Shown piece after piece: positions 29,561 through 38,538 of a DNA stretch of 64,000 nucleotides. The DNA is from Candidatus Pacearchaeota archaeon. GTDB lineage: Archaea; Nanobdellota; Nanobdellia; Pacearchaeales; GW2011-AR1. Numbering within the stretch: the stretch's first letter is position 1; the number at the start of each line of letters is the position of its first letter. Location: contig JAFCDZ010000002.1 of assembly GCA_017609405.1 (NCBI GenBank), positions 22,593-86,592 of the forward strand, read 5' to 3'. Below the pieces are notes generated by a model that saw only the letters and a program-made list of their open reading frames with translations, did no database searches and had not been told where the DNA came from. Both the position numbers and the translations under genes were made by a program.

Positions 29561-30847
29561 TTATTTCTTAATCTCAATTTTCTTTAATCCGCCTAAATAA
29601 GCTTGTAAAGCTTTTGGAATTTTAATTGAGCCGTCTTTTTGCTGGTGGTTTTCCATTAATGCAATTAATGCTCTTGGAGAAGCTAAAGCAGTATTATTTA
29701 AAGTATGAGCAAAATATCTTTTTCCTTTTCCTTCAATTCTAATTCCTAATCTTCTTGCTTGAGCATCTGTTAAATTTGAGCAACTTCCAACTTCAAAATA
29801 AGCTTTTCTTCTTGGACTCCATGCTTCAACATCAGCAGATTTTGCCTTTAAATCAGCTAAATCTCCTGAGCAACACTCCAAAACTCTTACTGGAATTTCT
29901 AATTGTCTGAATATGTCAATTGTGTATTTTAACATTTTTTCATACCACTCATAAGATTCTTCTGGCTCACAAATAACAATCATCTCTTGTTTCTCAAACT
30001 GGTGAAGCCTGTAAAGTCCTTTTTCTTCAATTCCGTGAGCACCAACTTCTTTTCTAAAACAAGGAGAATAACTTGTTAATTTTAAAGGAAGCTCTTTTGA
30101 ATTCAAGGTCTTTCCAATAAATCTTCCAATCATAGAGTGCTCTGAAGTTCCAATTAAATACAAATCCTCTCCTTCAATTTTATACATCATATTTTCCATT
30201 TCTTCAAAACTCATAACACCCTCAACAACTTTCTTGCGAATCATAAAAGGAGGAATAACATAAGTAAATCCTTGTTTAATCATATAATCTCTTGCAAAAG
30301 CAAGCAGAGCTGAATGCAATCTTGCTAAATCTCCCAATAAATAATAAAATCCTTTTCCTGAAGTTTCTTTTGCAGAATCAAAATCAGCTCCTCCAAGTTT
30401 TTCAGCTAATTCAGCGTGATTAAAAATTTCATAATCAGGTACTCTTGGCTCTCCAATCTTCTCGATTTCAACATTTTCAGAATCATCTTTTCCAATTGGA
30501 ACTGACTCATGAATAATATTTGGAATCTTCATCATAATCTCTTTTATTTTTTCTTCAAGCTCTTTTCTTTTATCTTCGAGTTTCTCAAGCTCTTTAGGAA
30601 TCTTTTTTGCTTCCTCCATTAATCTGCTAACTTCATTATCCTGCCCCTTTTTCTTTGCTTCTGAAATCTCTTTAGAAATCTTATTTCTTTTTGCTCTTAA
30701 ATTATCCTCTTCAAATTTTACCTTCCTCCATTTTTCATCAAGTTCTAAAACTTTATCAACAAGTGGAAGTTTCTCATCTTGAAATTTCTTTTTAATATTC
30801 TCCTTGACTAATTCTGGATTCTCTCTAATTAAGTTTATGTCAATCAT
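29561..30847 (-). CDS. serS: seryl-tRNA synthetase
   Basis: N-terminal coiled-coil arm followed by a class II core (FRKE..G..RLHQF.K.E, GSCSN, TLNNTALA). 428 aa. Confidence 0.95.
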   Translation of the reverse strand: MIDINLIRENPELVKENIKKKFQDEKLPLVDKVLELDEKWRKVKFEEDNLRAKRNKISKEISEAKKKGQDNEVSRLMEEAKKIPKELEKLEDKRKELEEKIKEIMMKIPNIIHESVPIGKDDSENVEIEKIGEPRVPDYEIFNHAELAEKLGGADFDSAKETSGKGFYYLLGDLARLHSALLAFARDYMIKQGFTYVIPPFMIRKKVVEGVMSFEEMENMMYKIEGEDLYLIGTSEHSMIGRFIGKTLNSKELPLKLTSYSPCFRKEVGAHGIEEKGLYRLHQFEKQEMIVICEPEESYEWYEKMLKYTIDIFRQLEIPVRVLECCSGDLADLKAKSADVEAWSPRRKAYFEVGSCSNLTDAQARRLGIRIEGKGKRYFAHTLNNTALASPRALIALMENHQQKDGSIKIPKALQAYLGGLKKIEIKK

Positions 30848-30894
30848 GCTCCAATAAATAAAAAAGCATATTTAAATGTTTTTGGAAACCCTCT

Positions 30895-31524
30895 ATGTCT
30901 TTTTATACTACAAAATATTTAAATAATTCGAGGATATCTAAACTTATGGAGCCCTTATTTTATTTTTTTGGAATTAGAAGAAAGGAAAAGATGTTTATAC
31001 TAAATGATCCAATAATAATTGATAACTCTCATTTATATGATTTAGATGTATATGCTTTAGGAGAATTATTTGAAGAAAAATCATTAAAATTGAAGGATTT
31101 GGTTGAAGAACTTGGTAAAGAGAGAGGAATTTTATTTGGGGTTGCAAAGAATTCTGAAAGAATAACAGAGTTTTTAAAATTTGGAAAATTTCTTTCTCCA
31201 GAGATTATAGAAGAGAATTTTAGTATCTATTTCCTAAAGGATGAAAAAAGTATATTGTTTAAGATTAATAAAATCTATCATAGTTGGAAAGAACTAAAAA
31301 AAGATATTTGGAAAATTTTAGAGCCATTAAATATTTTTTCAAAGGAAGAATTTAGAATATCTACAAAAGATTGGGAAGATTCTGAACATAATCCTGAAGC
31401 TTTCTCATTTGAAACTAAAAAGTTCAAACTGTGCATTGGAAAGTTTTATTACTCCTTCATATACATCAAACCTAAAAATTATAATCAATTAAAAAATAAA
31501 ATAAAAGGATTGTATAAAAAATAG
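30895..31524 (+). CDS. hypothetical protein
   Basis: 209-aa ORF with an uncertain start (alternative ATG at 30946). No family recognised. Confidence 0.45.
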   Translation: MSFYTTKYLNNSRISKLMEPLFYFFGIRRKEKMFILNDPIIIDNSHLYDLDVYALGELFEEKSLKLKDLVEELGKERGILFGVAKNSERITEFLKFGKFLSPEIIEENFSIYFLKDEKSILFKINKIYHSWKELKKDIWKILEPLNIFSKEEFRISTKDWEDSEHNPEAFSFETKKFKLCIGKFYYSFIYIKPKNYNQLKNKIKGLYKK

Positions 31525-31638
31525 TTTTAAAATTTATCTAAGCCTTCTCTTTGTCTATTTTATGAAACTCGACGCAACTAAATATATAAAACCCCCCCTA
31601 TTATACTAACTGTTGATTTCTGAGAGTAAAAAGAAATA

Positions 31639-31647
31639 TTTATAAAA
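31639..31647 (+). promoter_or_regulatory. TATA-box-like element upstream of the small ORF at 31668
   Basis: tttataaaa preceded by a purine-rich stretch (BRE-like). It is centred about 25 nt upstream of ATG 31668, which fits a leaderless or short-leader archaeal transcript. Confidence 0.35.
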
Positions 31648-31667
31648 AAGATAGACCATATACTTAA

Positions 31668-31766
31668 ATGGAAACAAATGAAAAATATGAAGAACCAGAA
31701 ATCGCAAAGTTCCCTGTATCAGGAGAAGAAGGGAAAATTGCAGAATTTTGGATTGAATCAGATTAA
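31668..31766 (+). CDS. candidate 32-aa precursor peptide METNEKYEEPEIAKFPVSGEEGKIAEFWIESD
   Basis: Not in the ORF track because it is under 60 aa. It lies directly upstream of the PqqD-like and rSAM/SPASM genes. The codon-position signal favours this frame: 26/32 codons end in A/T and 15/32 start with G, whereas in the overlapping track frame only 14/30 codons end in A/T. Confidence 0.45.
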   Translation: METNEKYEEPEIAKFPVSGEEGKIAEFWIESD

Positions 31767-31992
31767 AAGGCCAAAGAGGTTCTTTTTTAGAAAAGAAGAA
31801 CAGGGTTACATAGTTTTTGATAGCTTGAGTTCTCAGATTTTTTTTACAAATAAGACCGCAAAAGAAATAATATCTTTCTTTGATTCTGGATTAACAAAAA
31901 AAGAGATCATTGACAGTATTTCTAAAAAATATAAAATTTCTTCACAGAAAGCTTCAAAAGGGATAAATAAAATTTTAAGGGAAATAGAATGA
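31753..31992 (+). CDS. PqqD-family peptide-binding protein (RiPP recognition element-like)
   Basis: KRFFFRKEEQGYIVFDSLSSQIFFTNKTAKEIISFFDSGLTKKEIIDSISKKY matches the PqqD beta-strand plus winged-helix pattern. The start is uncertain: TTG 31753 is preferred here, the track start is ATG 31678. The gene overlaps the rSAM gene start by 4 nt. Confidence 0.65.
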   Translation: MNQIKRPKRFFFRKEEQGYIVFDSLSSQIFFTNKTAKEIISFFDSGLTKKEIIDSISKKYKISSQKASKGINKILREIE

Positions 31993-32999
31993 ATACTTTT
32001 TCTGCACCAATTTATATGGGGATTGATCTAACTGAACGATGCAATCTTAGATGCATTCATTGTCGCGTTTCAACATCTACAAAAAAGACTAACGAAATTT
32101 CACTTAAGAAATTAAGAGAATTAATAGATACTTTATCAAAAATGAAGGTTATCCAGATAATCTATTCTGGGGGAGAACCTTTTTTAAGGAAAGATATTTT
32201 TGAAATTTTATCTTACTCTGTAAAAAAAGGAATACCCGATCTAATTGTAGTTACAAATGGTCTATTACTGAATGACGAAAAGATATCTAAATTAAAGAAA
32301 ACGGGTATGAAGAAGATAACAATTAGTTTGGATGGTTTAGAAGAATCGCATGATATAATTAGGGGCAAGGGTACATTTAAAAGAACTTTGGATATAATTA
32401 AGAGGTTGGTAAAAGAAGGATTTGAAGTTAAAGTTACAATGACATTAAATAAACTAAACAAAAATGATGTTCTCCAATTATCTGTTTTATTAAATATGAT
32501 TGGTGTAAAAAGAATTAATGTTGGGAATTTAATGCCTTGTGGAAGAGGGAAAGACTTATGGGATCAATCGTTAGACTTTAAGGAGAAATATGAATTGTTC
32601 AATAAAATAAAAAAAGTTAATAATAAATATGGAGAGAATTTCATAAATTTTGAGTCTTCTTTTTTATCAGAACCGAGACTTTCTAAATCAGAACAAAAAA
32701 TTGCTTCCTTTTTAGGTTGTAGGGGAGGAAGAACTTATTGTGCGATTCTTGCTAATGGAGATGTTGTTGCCTGTAAAATGCTCCCCCATGTTGTTGCTGG
32801 GAATATTTACAAAACGAATTTTTCTAAGATTTGGAAAGATGATAAAAATTGGAAAATTTGGAGAGAGGGTAAATTACCCAAAAAATGCCGTCTTTGCAAA
32901 TATGGGGAGGCTTGTAGAGGGGGCTGTAAAGCTATTAGCTTTTACAAATATGGGAGATTTGATGTTCCAGATCCAAGATGTATCGGGCCCTTCACTTAA
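31989..32999 (+). CDS. radical SAM enzyme with a C-terminal SPASM domain
   Basis: CNLRCIHC (CxxxCxxC), GGEPFL, and a C-terminal auxiliary-cluster pattern GCRGG..C(x12)C ... CRLCKYGEACRGGC ... C. Confidence 0.85.
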   Translation: MNTFSAPIYMGIDLTERCNLRCIHCRVSTSTKKTNEISLKKLRELIDTLSKMKVIQIIYSGGEPFLRKDIFEILSYSVKKGIPDLIVVTNGLLLNDEKISKLKKTGMKKITISLDGLEESHDIIRGKGTFKRTLDIIKRLVKEGFEVKVTMTLNKLNKNDVLQLSVLLNMIGVKRINVGNLMPCGRGKDLWDQSLDFKEKYELFNKIKKVNNKYGENFINFESSFLSEPRLSKSEQKIASFLGCRGGRTYCAILANGDVVACKMLPHVVAGNIYKTNFSKIWKDDKNWKIWREGKLPKKCRLCKYGEACRGGCKAISFYKYGRFDVPDPRCIGPFT

Positions 33000-33855
33000 A
33001 CGGCTTCACAAAATTTTCATTAAAATATAAAGAGTAATACCTATGAAGACCTTGGCATTTTTCTCTCTTTTTACACTCCGAACATTTTTTTGGAAAATAT
33101 CGCCCTTCCAATCCGGTTAATATCTTTCCTTGTTTGATCAACCAAACATCCCAATTTACATTTTCAGCTCTTTTATCATTAATGATGCATAAGGGTATAT
33201 TTTCAAACAAGATTTTTTTATTATTACCAATTTTATTTATTGCTTTTTTTATTTTTCTTAACGAAACCAAATGCTTCTTGGAATAGTTTTTGTGTCCTTT
33301 AATGGGATAAAATCTCGGATAGGAAATTCTAATTTCCTCGATAAAAGGATATTTTTCTTCGAAGAAATTAATTGTTTTATACAGAGATCTATAATTATAT
33401 CTAGTAATCACCGTGTTTGTTGATATTTTAACCTTACTTCTATATTTTCTTAATAATTCCATATTTTTTAACAATTTCTCAAAATTTTTTGATTGTGTTA
33501 TTTTCTCATAAGAATTTTTATCATGCGAGTGAAATGATATTTTTAATTCATTTAACCCTACTTTAATAATCTTTCTAAGTAGTTTTTCATTTAAAAAAAT
33601 TAGGTTAGTCTCAATTAAAGTATACTTTTGATTTGCTTTTGCAAACTTTATAATCTCAGATATATCTTTCCTAAGTAAAACTTCCCCTCCTGAAAGAATC
33701 AATTTTCTGAAAGGTTTAGATAATTTTATGTCTTTTTTGATTTCATTTATGGTTGGATTTGGATGAGGGTGTTTTTTAACAGAACAAAAAACACAATTAT
33801 GGGGGCATTCAGTTGTAACGTGAATTTCTGCTTCTTTATTTATCATTTTCTTCAA
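32992..33855 (-). CDS. radical SAM enzyme (second, non-SPASM type)
   Basis: CPHNCVFC near the N-terminus, SGGEVLL, and a short C-terminal CSECKKREKC motif. 287 aa. Confidence 0.75.
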   Translation of the reverse strand: MKKMINKEAEIHVTTECPHNCVFCSVKKHPHPNPTINEIKKDIKLSKPFRKLILSGGEVLLRKDISEIIKFAKANQKYTLIETNLIFLNEKLLRKIIKVGLNELKISFHSHDKNSYEKITQSKNFEKLLKNMELLRKYRSKVKISTNTVITRYNYRSLYKTINFFEEKYPFIEEIRISYPRFYPIKGHKNYSKKHLVSLRKIKKAINKIGNNKKILFENIPLCIINDKRAENVNWDVWLIKQGKILTGLEGRYFPKKCSECKKREKCQGLHRYYSLYFNENFVKPFK

Positions 33856-34858
33856 ATATTCTTATATAACTCTCTACAGTGATTTTTTCAATTTCTTCTT
33901 TTGTGTGCATTTTTATAAATTTAATGATTTTATCTAAAGGTACTTTAAAATTTTCATGGTCTATTTTTAAAAACAATTCTTTTGGAATTTCTAACGGAAG
34001 ATTAAGTTCTTTTTTTAAAGAATCAAAGGAATGAAATAATCCCCGACTATATACCTTAAACCAATCTTTTCTGGAAAAATTCTTTGTTTTTAAGATAGTT
34101 TCATTTACTTTTTTTTCAATGATCTTATAGACTTTTTTCAATTCAATGTCTTTGATTAAACGACCATCAATTTCAACGTAAGAGGCTACTTTCTTAGGAG
34201 ATTGAAATAAATGATTAAAAAAATCTAAATCAATCTCTCCCCTAATCTCTTCAACGATTTTTATTTTTTTGAAAGGAAATTCTTCTGTTAAGTTAAGTGA
34301 AATAGGATTAAGATTAAAAAACTCTTTAATGAATATCCTCTTACTCCCTTTTTCATAAACCCCATGAAACTCATGCCCTAATCTCATCATTGTAGGGTAG
34401 AGTATCTCCAAATAAAACAATAACAATGCAGATAATTTGTTGCTTATTATTAGATTGTTCTCATTTGAGTTTAGTTTGTCAATTTCAAAAGAATATTTTT
34501 TTAGCCGATTATTTTCATCACAAAAAACATCTTCTCTATAATATCCTATACAGCTTATTAAATCCTTTGCAAGCTCTATTCTTTGATTAAACTTCAAAAC
34601 TTTTGCACTATGAAAGAGAGTAAAGTATTGTGCAATTTTCGAGGGATTTTCGAATAATCTTGCTATCTCTTCAATCGAGTAACCTTTGTCTTTTAATCTT
34701 TTAATTGAAGAATATAACTCTCTAATAAAAAAGCTTCCAACATAATATTCTGCTTCATTAGGGATGAATGGCCATAATGCACTCGCAGTGTCTCCCTTAT
34801 GCAACTTTGACAAATCTCTTCCAATTACTTTACACAACTTTTTAATAGATTTATTCAT
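33836..34858 (-). CDS. hypothetical protein, operon partner of the rSAM and PEP-swivel genes
   Basis: 340-aa ORF whose ends overlap both neighbours (translational coupling). No family recognised by eye. Confidence 0.5.
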   Translation of the reverse strand: MNKSIKKLCKVIGRDLSKLHKGDTASALWPFIPNEAEYYVGSFFIRELYSSIKRLKDKGYSIEEIARLFENPSKIAQYFTLFHSAKVLKFNQRIELAKDLISCIGYYREDVFCDENNRLKKYSFEIDKLNSNENNLIISNKLSALLLFYLEILYPTMMRLGHEFHGVYEKGSKRIFIKEFFNLNPISLNLTEEFPFKKIKIVEEIRGEIDLDFFNHLFQSPKKVASYVEIDGRLIKDIELKKVYKIIEKKVNETILKTKNFSRKDWFKVYSRGLFHSFDSLKKELNLPLEIPKELFLKIDHENFKVPLDKIIKFIKMHTKEEIEKITVESYIRIFEENDK

Positions 34859-35186
34859 TTTCTAAAATAGTTACTTTGTTGTTAGTAGCATCCACCTCAA
34901 CGAGCATCCCTTCTTTTAACTTTGATGAAATGCCTTCAACACCCAATATACAAGGTTTATTCATTTCTCTGCTGACAATAGCTAGATGACATAATGAACC
35001 CCCCCTCTCACTTATAATGGCAGATGCTTTTATAAATGCTAAGGAAAACAATGGAGAGTTATTTGTTGTTACAACTATATCCCCCTCTTTTACCCTTTCA
35101 ATATCTTCTACTGAATCCACTATTTTTATTTTTCCGATATATCTTCCTGGATTAGCTACAACCCCCCTAAATGATTTTAATTCCAT
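34851..35186 (-). CDS. stand-alone PEP-utilising-enzyme mobile (swivelling phosphohistidine) domain protein
   Basis: 111 aa. GVVANPGRYIGKIKIV..GDIVVTTNNSP......AIISERGGSLCHLAIVSREMNKPCILGV matches the PEP-utiliser mobile domain, including the phospho-acceptor His. Confidence 0.75.
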   Translation of the reverse strand: MELKSFRGVVANPGRYIGKIKIVDSVEDIERVKEGDIVVTTNNSPLFSLAFIKASAIISERGGSLCHLAIVSREMNKPCILGVEGISSKLKEGMLVEVDATNNKVTILENE

Positions 35187-36823
35187 TTTTCTTTAGCAAC
35201 CATTACTTCTATTAAAACAGGATGCTTTTCTTTAAGACTTTTTAATCCTTTATTAATTTGCTTTTTTATTTCACTTTTATTTGAAATCTTGTAATACCTT
35301 ATATTAAAACTTTCAGCTAATTTATCAAATGAGGGATTAGTAAACTCTGTCATAAATGATTTTCCGTACTTTTTTATCTGAGAATGGTATATTGGTCCAA
35401 GAATGCCGTTGTTAAGGACTATTGCCATTATTGGAATTTTATAATTAGATGCTGTCATTAATTCCATTGCAGTCATTTGAAATCCCCCATCCCCTTGGAT
35501 TGAAACTACGACTCTATCTTTATTTCCCATTTTACTTCCGATAGCCTCTCCTAGAGAACATCCTATTGGTGCAAAACCAGTACATACAATCTGCGTTCTC
35601 GGTTTGTAAATTTTGAAATATCTCTGAACCCATGCAATAGACTCTGTGCATACTATTGAATCTTTTGGTAATATTTTTCTTAATTCAGCAATAAAAGTTT
35701 GAGGTTTTAAAGGTGTAGAATTCGCTTTCATTTCAGGATAATTAAAATAACCTTTAGATCTATATTTCTTTATTAAACCAGAATAATCCTTCTTTTGTTT
35801 TTTAATTGTCAACTCTAATTTTGAAATAATCTCTGAAATATCTCCTTGAAGAAGATAATCTATCTTATAATTCTTAGTTATGTCCCTTGATTTTATATCT
35901 ATTCTAACAATTTTAGTGTTATGAAAATTAAAACTCCAATTATTGGTAGAAAATTGACTTAAACTAGAGCCAATGACAATTAAAAAATCCACACCAGATT
36001 TAATATACTCGTTTGCTGATTTTTGTCCTGTCAAACCAATTGTCCCAAGTGAAAGTTTATGGTCATCTGAAATTATACCCCTCCCTTTTAGAGTTGTTAA
36101 TACTGGAATTTTTGATTTATTAATAAATTTCAAGATAGCTTCTCGATGTTTAATAGCCCCTCCCCCAAGCAATATTGCCGGCTTTTTAGATTTTTGCAAT
36201 TCTAAAGAAATTTTTTTAATTTTTTCAATCGGAATCTCTCTTTTTAATCTAATCTTATTTTCTTTTTCAAATAATTCAAAAAGATTATCCTCAAAATCAA
36301 TTTCCTTTTGCATTACATCGGCGGGAATTTCTAAATATGCTGGACTAGGACGATGATCGTTTAAGGTAAAATAAACCTTCTTTAATATTTGGATAATCTT
36401 CTTTTCGTCTTCAATAACTTCAGCGTAACCGGTAATTTCCTTAAATATTTTTAATTGACTTATAGTTCTTCCAATCCCTGTTGACTCCTGAAAACTTGCC
36501 CTTCCTTTCAATGAACTCGAAACTTGGCCGGATAGAACTAATATTGGCTGAGAATCGTAATATGCTGCAGCTATACTTGTTACTAAATTTGTTGCGCCTG
36601 GACCGACACTCCCGAAACAGGAACACGGCAGTCCAGTAGACTTAGAATATCCACTAGCCATAAAGCCAGCACCCTCTTCATGTTTTGCTAAAATTAATTT
36701 TATCTTCTTACTTTTATTAATTTCATCTAAAAGACTCATGTTTGAACCCGGAACCCCAAAGCAATATTTTATTCCTAAAAATTTCATAAATTTGACAATA
36801 ATCTGATTAATTGTTTTTCTCAT
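35177..36823 (-). CDS. thiamine-diphosphate-dependent enzyme, acetolactate synthase large-subunit-like
   Basis: N-terminal Pyr domain (GVPGS..HEEGAGFMA..GPGATN), a central domain, and the C-terminal ThDP motif GDGGFQM...NNG. 548 aa. Confidence 0.8.
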   Translation of the reverse strand: MRKTINQIIVKFMKFLGIKYCFGVPGSNMSLLDEINKSKKIKLILAKHEEGAGFMASGYSKSTGLPCSCFGSVGPGATNLVTSIAAAYYDSQPILVLSGQVSSSLKGRASFQESTGIGRTISQLKIFKEITGYAEVIEDEKKIIQILKKVYFTLNDHRPSPAYLEIPADVMQKEIDFEDNLFELFEKENKIRLKREIPIEKIKKISLELQKSKKPAILLGGGAIKHREAILKFINKSKIPVLTTLKGRGIISDDHKLSLGTIGLTGQKSANEYIKSGVDFLIVIGSSLSQFSTNNWSFNFHNTKIVRIDIKSRDITKNYKIDYLLQGDISEIISKLELTIKKQKKDYSGLIKKYRSKGYFNYPEMKANSTPLKPQTFIAELRKILPKDSIVCTESIAWVQRYFKIYKPRTQIVCTGFAPIGCSLGEAIGSKMGNKDRVVVSIQGDGGFQMTAMELMTASNYKIPIMAIVLNNGILGPIYHSQIKKYGKSFMTEFTNPSFDKLAESFNIRYYKISNKSEIKKQINKGLKSLKEKHPVLIEVMVAKEKWN

Positions 36824-36948
36824 ATTAAATAAATATGATTCTACTTTTTAAATCTTCTCTCGCATTTTTAGCTTTTTAGAATTTATCTCATAATTTATAA
36901 CAATATGATAAACCCTAATTTTAAAAACCCCTACATCTTGTTTAAAAT

Positions 36949-37593
36949 ATGTTCATAAATGAGGTGCTTTTGAACATTGAAAAATATTATAATGCTTTGA
37001 CACTTCTTTTTCCACAAGAGCTCAAAGCTTTTTTAGAAATTTTCTTATGGTCTTTTCTAGTCTTTTTATATGTCCTCTTGATTTGGAAATTCTATCACTC
37101 TATCTCTTGTAGAGATATAATAACTCTTAATCTTCAGCAATACAATCGTTCCGAGCATCCAGTTATTGCAAAACTTTTTGGAGCATTGCTTTATTTTATT
37201 GAGTATATTTTAATTCTACCTTTTTTAGTTTTTATTTGGTTCTCGCTTTTTACTTTATTTTTGATTTTGCTTGGAGAAAATATGGAACTTTCATCAATCA
37301 TTTTTCTATCAATTATAATAATTGCATCAATAAGGATGTCTGCATACCATAATCAAGCTATGGCAAAAGAAATGGCAAAAATTCTTCCTTTTTCTTTGCT
37401 TGCAGTAATGGCAACAAACCCAAAAATATTTCTAAATTTCAACTCAGTAATAACTCAAATTTCAAAAATTCCTCTGTTTCTAAAAAATGTGTGGGTATAT
37501 TGGGTATTTATAATTTTATTAGAGTTACTATTAAGGGTTGTTTATACAATAAAAATAATTTCATTTAAGAGAGATTCTAATTCTCAACAATAG
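36949..37593 (+). CDS. hypothetical polytopic membrane protein
   Basis: 214 aa with about 5 hydrophobic helices. Confidence 0.5.
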   Translation: MFINEVLLNIEKYYNALTLLFPQELKAFLEIFLWSFLVFLYVLLIWKFYHSISCRDIITLNLQQYNRSEHPVIAKLFGALLYFIEYILILPFLVFIWFSLFTLFLILLGENMELSSIIFLSIIIIASIRMSAYHNQAMAKEMAKILPFSLLAVMATNPKIFLNFNSVITQISKIPLFLKNVWVYWVFIILLELLLRVVYTIKIISFKRDSNSQQ

Positions 37594-38041
37594 ATTCAAG
37601 GTTTTTCTTTTTTGTTACTCCCATAATTCTTGATATTGGTCCTGAAGCAAGCCATCTAACAGGATAAATTATCATGTCAGAATAAACTGAAGCATATTCA
37701 GGAGATATTCCTTTTTCTATCATTTTATTAGCAATATAACCTCTTAAAAATAAAAGTCCAGGAGTAACTAAGGAATATCCAACACTCATTTTTACTTGAT
37801 TTAATATAAATTTTTTAGAGTCAAAATTCTCACCCCCTCCATATAAATCTTTATTGTTTTTTGCATGTAATCTTAAGAATATTCCAACATCAGATAGATA
37901 ACTTGCTACTGTTGATACTGCTGAATTTAATCCACCAGCAACACCGTAATTGCTTAATAAATTTGCAGACGATGCTCCTGCTAAAAGACCACCCATCCCA
38001 GAGATAACTGAATCTCTAATAATTCCAAGTTCTTTTTTCAT
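37577..38041 (-). CDS. hypothetical protein (Gly/Ala-rich N-terminus)
   Basis: 154-aa ORF with no recognised family. Confidence 0.45.
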   Translation of the reverse strand: MKKELGIIRDSVISGMGGLLAGASSANLLSNYGVAGGLNSAVSTVASYLSDVGIFLRLHAKNNKDLYGGGENFDSKKFILNQVKMSVGYSLVTPGLLFLRGYIANKMIEKGISPEYASVYSDMIIYPVRWLASGPISRIMGVTKKKNLESIVEN

Positions 38042-38538
38042 GATTAATCAATAAAATCATTGTTTATAAATCTTTGTATTCTTTACCACCTTTTAGTGGT
38101 TATTTTTAAATTTGTTTATAACAAGAACAATTTAACTCGTTTTAACCTTGTTTGGGGAGGTTATATTAATGAAAAATTCAGATAATAATTATTGTTACAT
38201 TCGATTGTAAGATAGCACTAAAAGTTCTCTATTACATACAGAATGTTTAGAATTAATATCATCAATAACTTATGAATCCGCATAAAAGTTCTGAATAAGG
38301 CATTCCTAAATATTATCTGCTTCGCAGATTGTTAAGTAAAAACTATTCCCCCTCACCCCAAAAAGAAAAGAAATCATATAATTCTTCTTTTGGAATATGA
38401 CCTTCTTTTAATGCTTCAATTAAATCTTCTTGTGTAATTCTTAAATTTCTTCTTGTTTTTTTCAATCTTTTAAGATTTATATGTTGAGCTGGTTTATTAA
38501 AAAATTAGATTATTAATTATTATCTATTATTGTATCTC

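Noticed and set aside
32740-33030. 96-aa plus-strand ORF overlapping the 3' part of the SPASM gene in another frame
   Set aside because: The SPASM Cys motif is encoded in the main frame over the same nucleotides. The alternative frame has no recognisable features.
35177-36823. Phosphonate biosynthesis (phosphonopyruvate decarboxylase) as an explanation for the ThDP enzyme plus PEP-related gene
   Set aside because: No PEP mutase-like gene is present in the operon or nearby. The ThDP enzyme has the three-domain, 548-aa ALS-like layout rather than the shorter decarboxylase form. The PEP-related gene is only a swivel domain.
38340-38470. Minus-strand ORF of about 40 codons with a TTG start (..KKTRRNLRITQEDLIEALKEGHIPKEELYDFFSFWGEGE)
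   Set aside because: It shows a weak HTH-like flavour, but it is short, starts with a non-ATG codon and has no supporting context.
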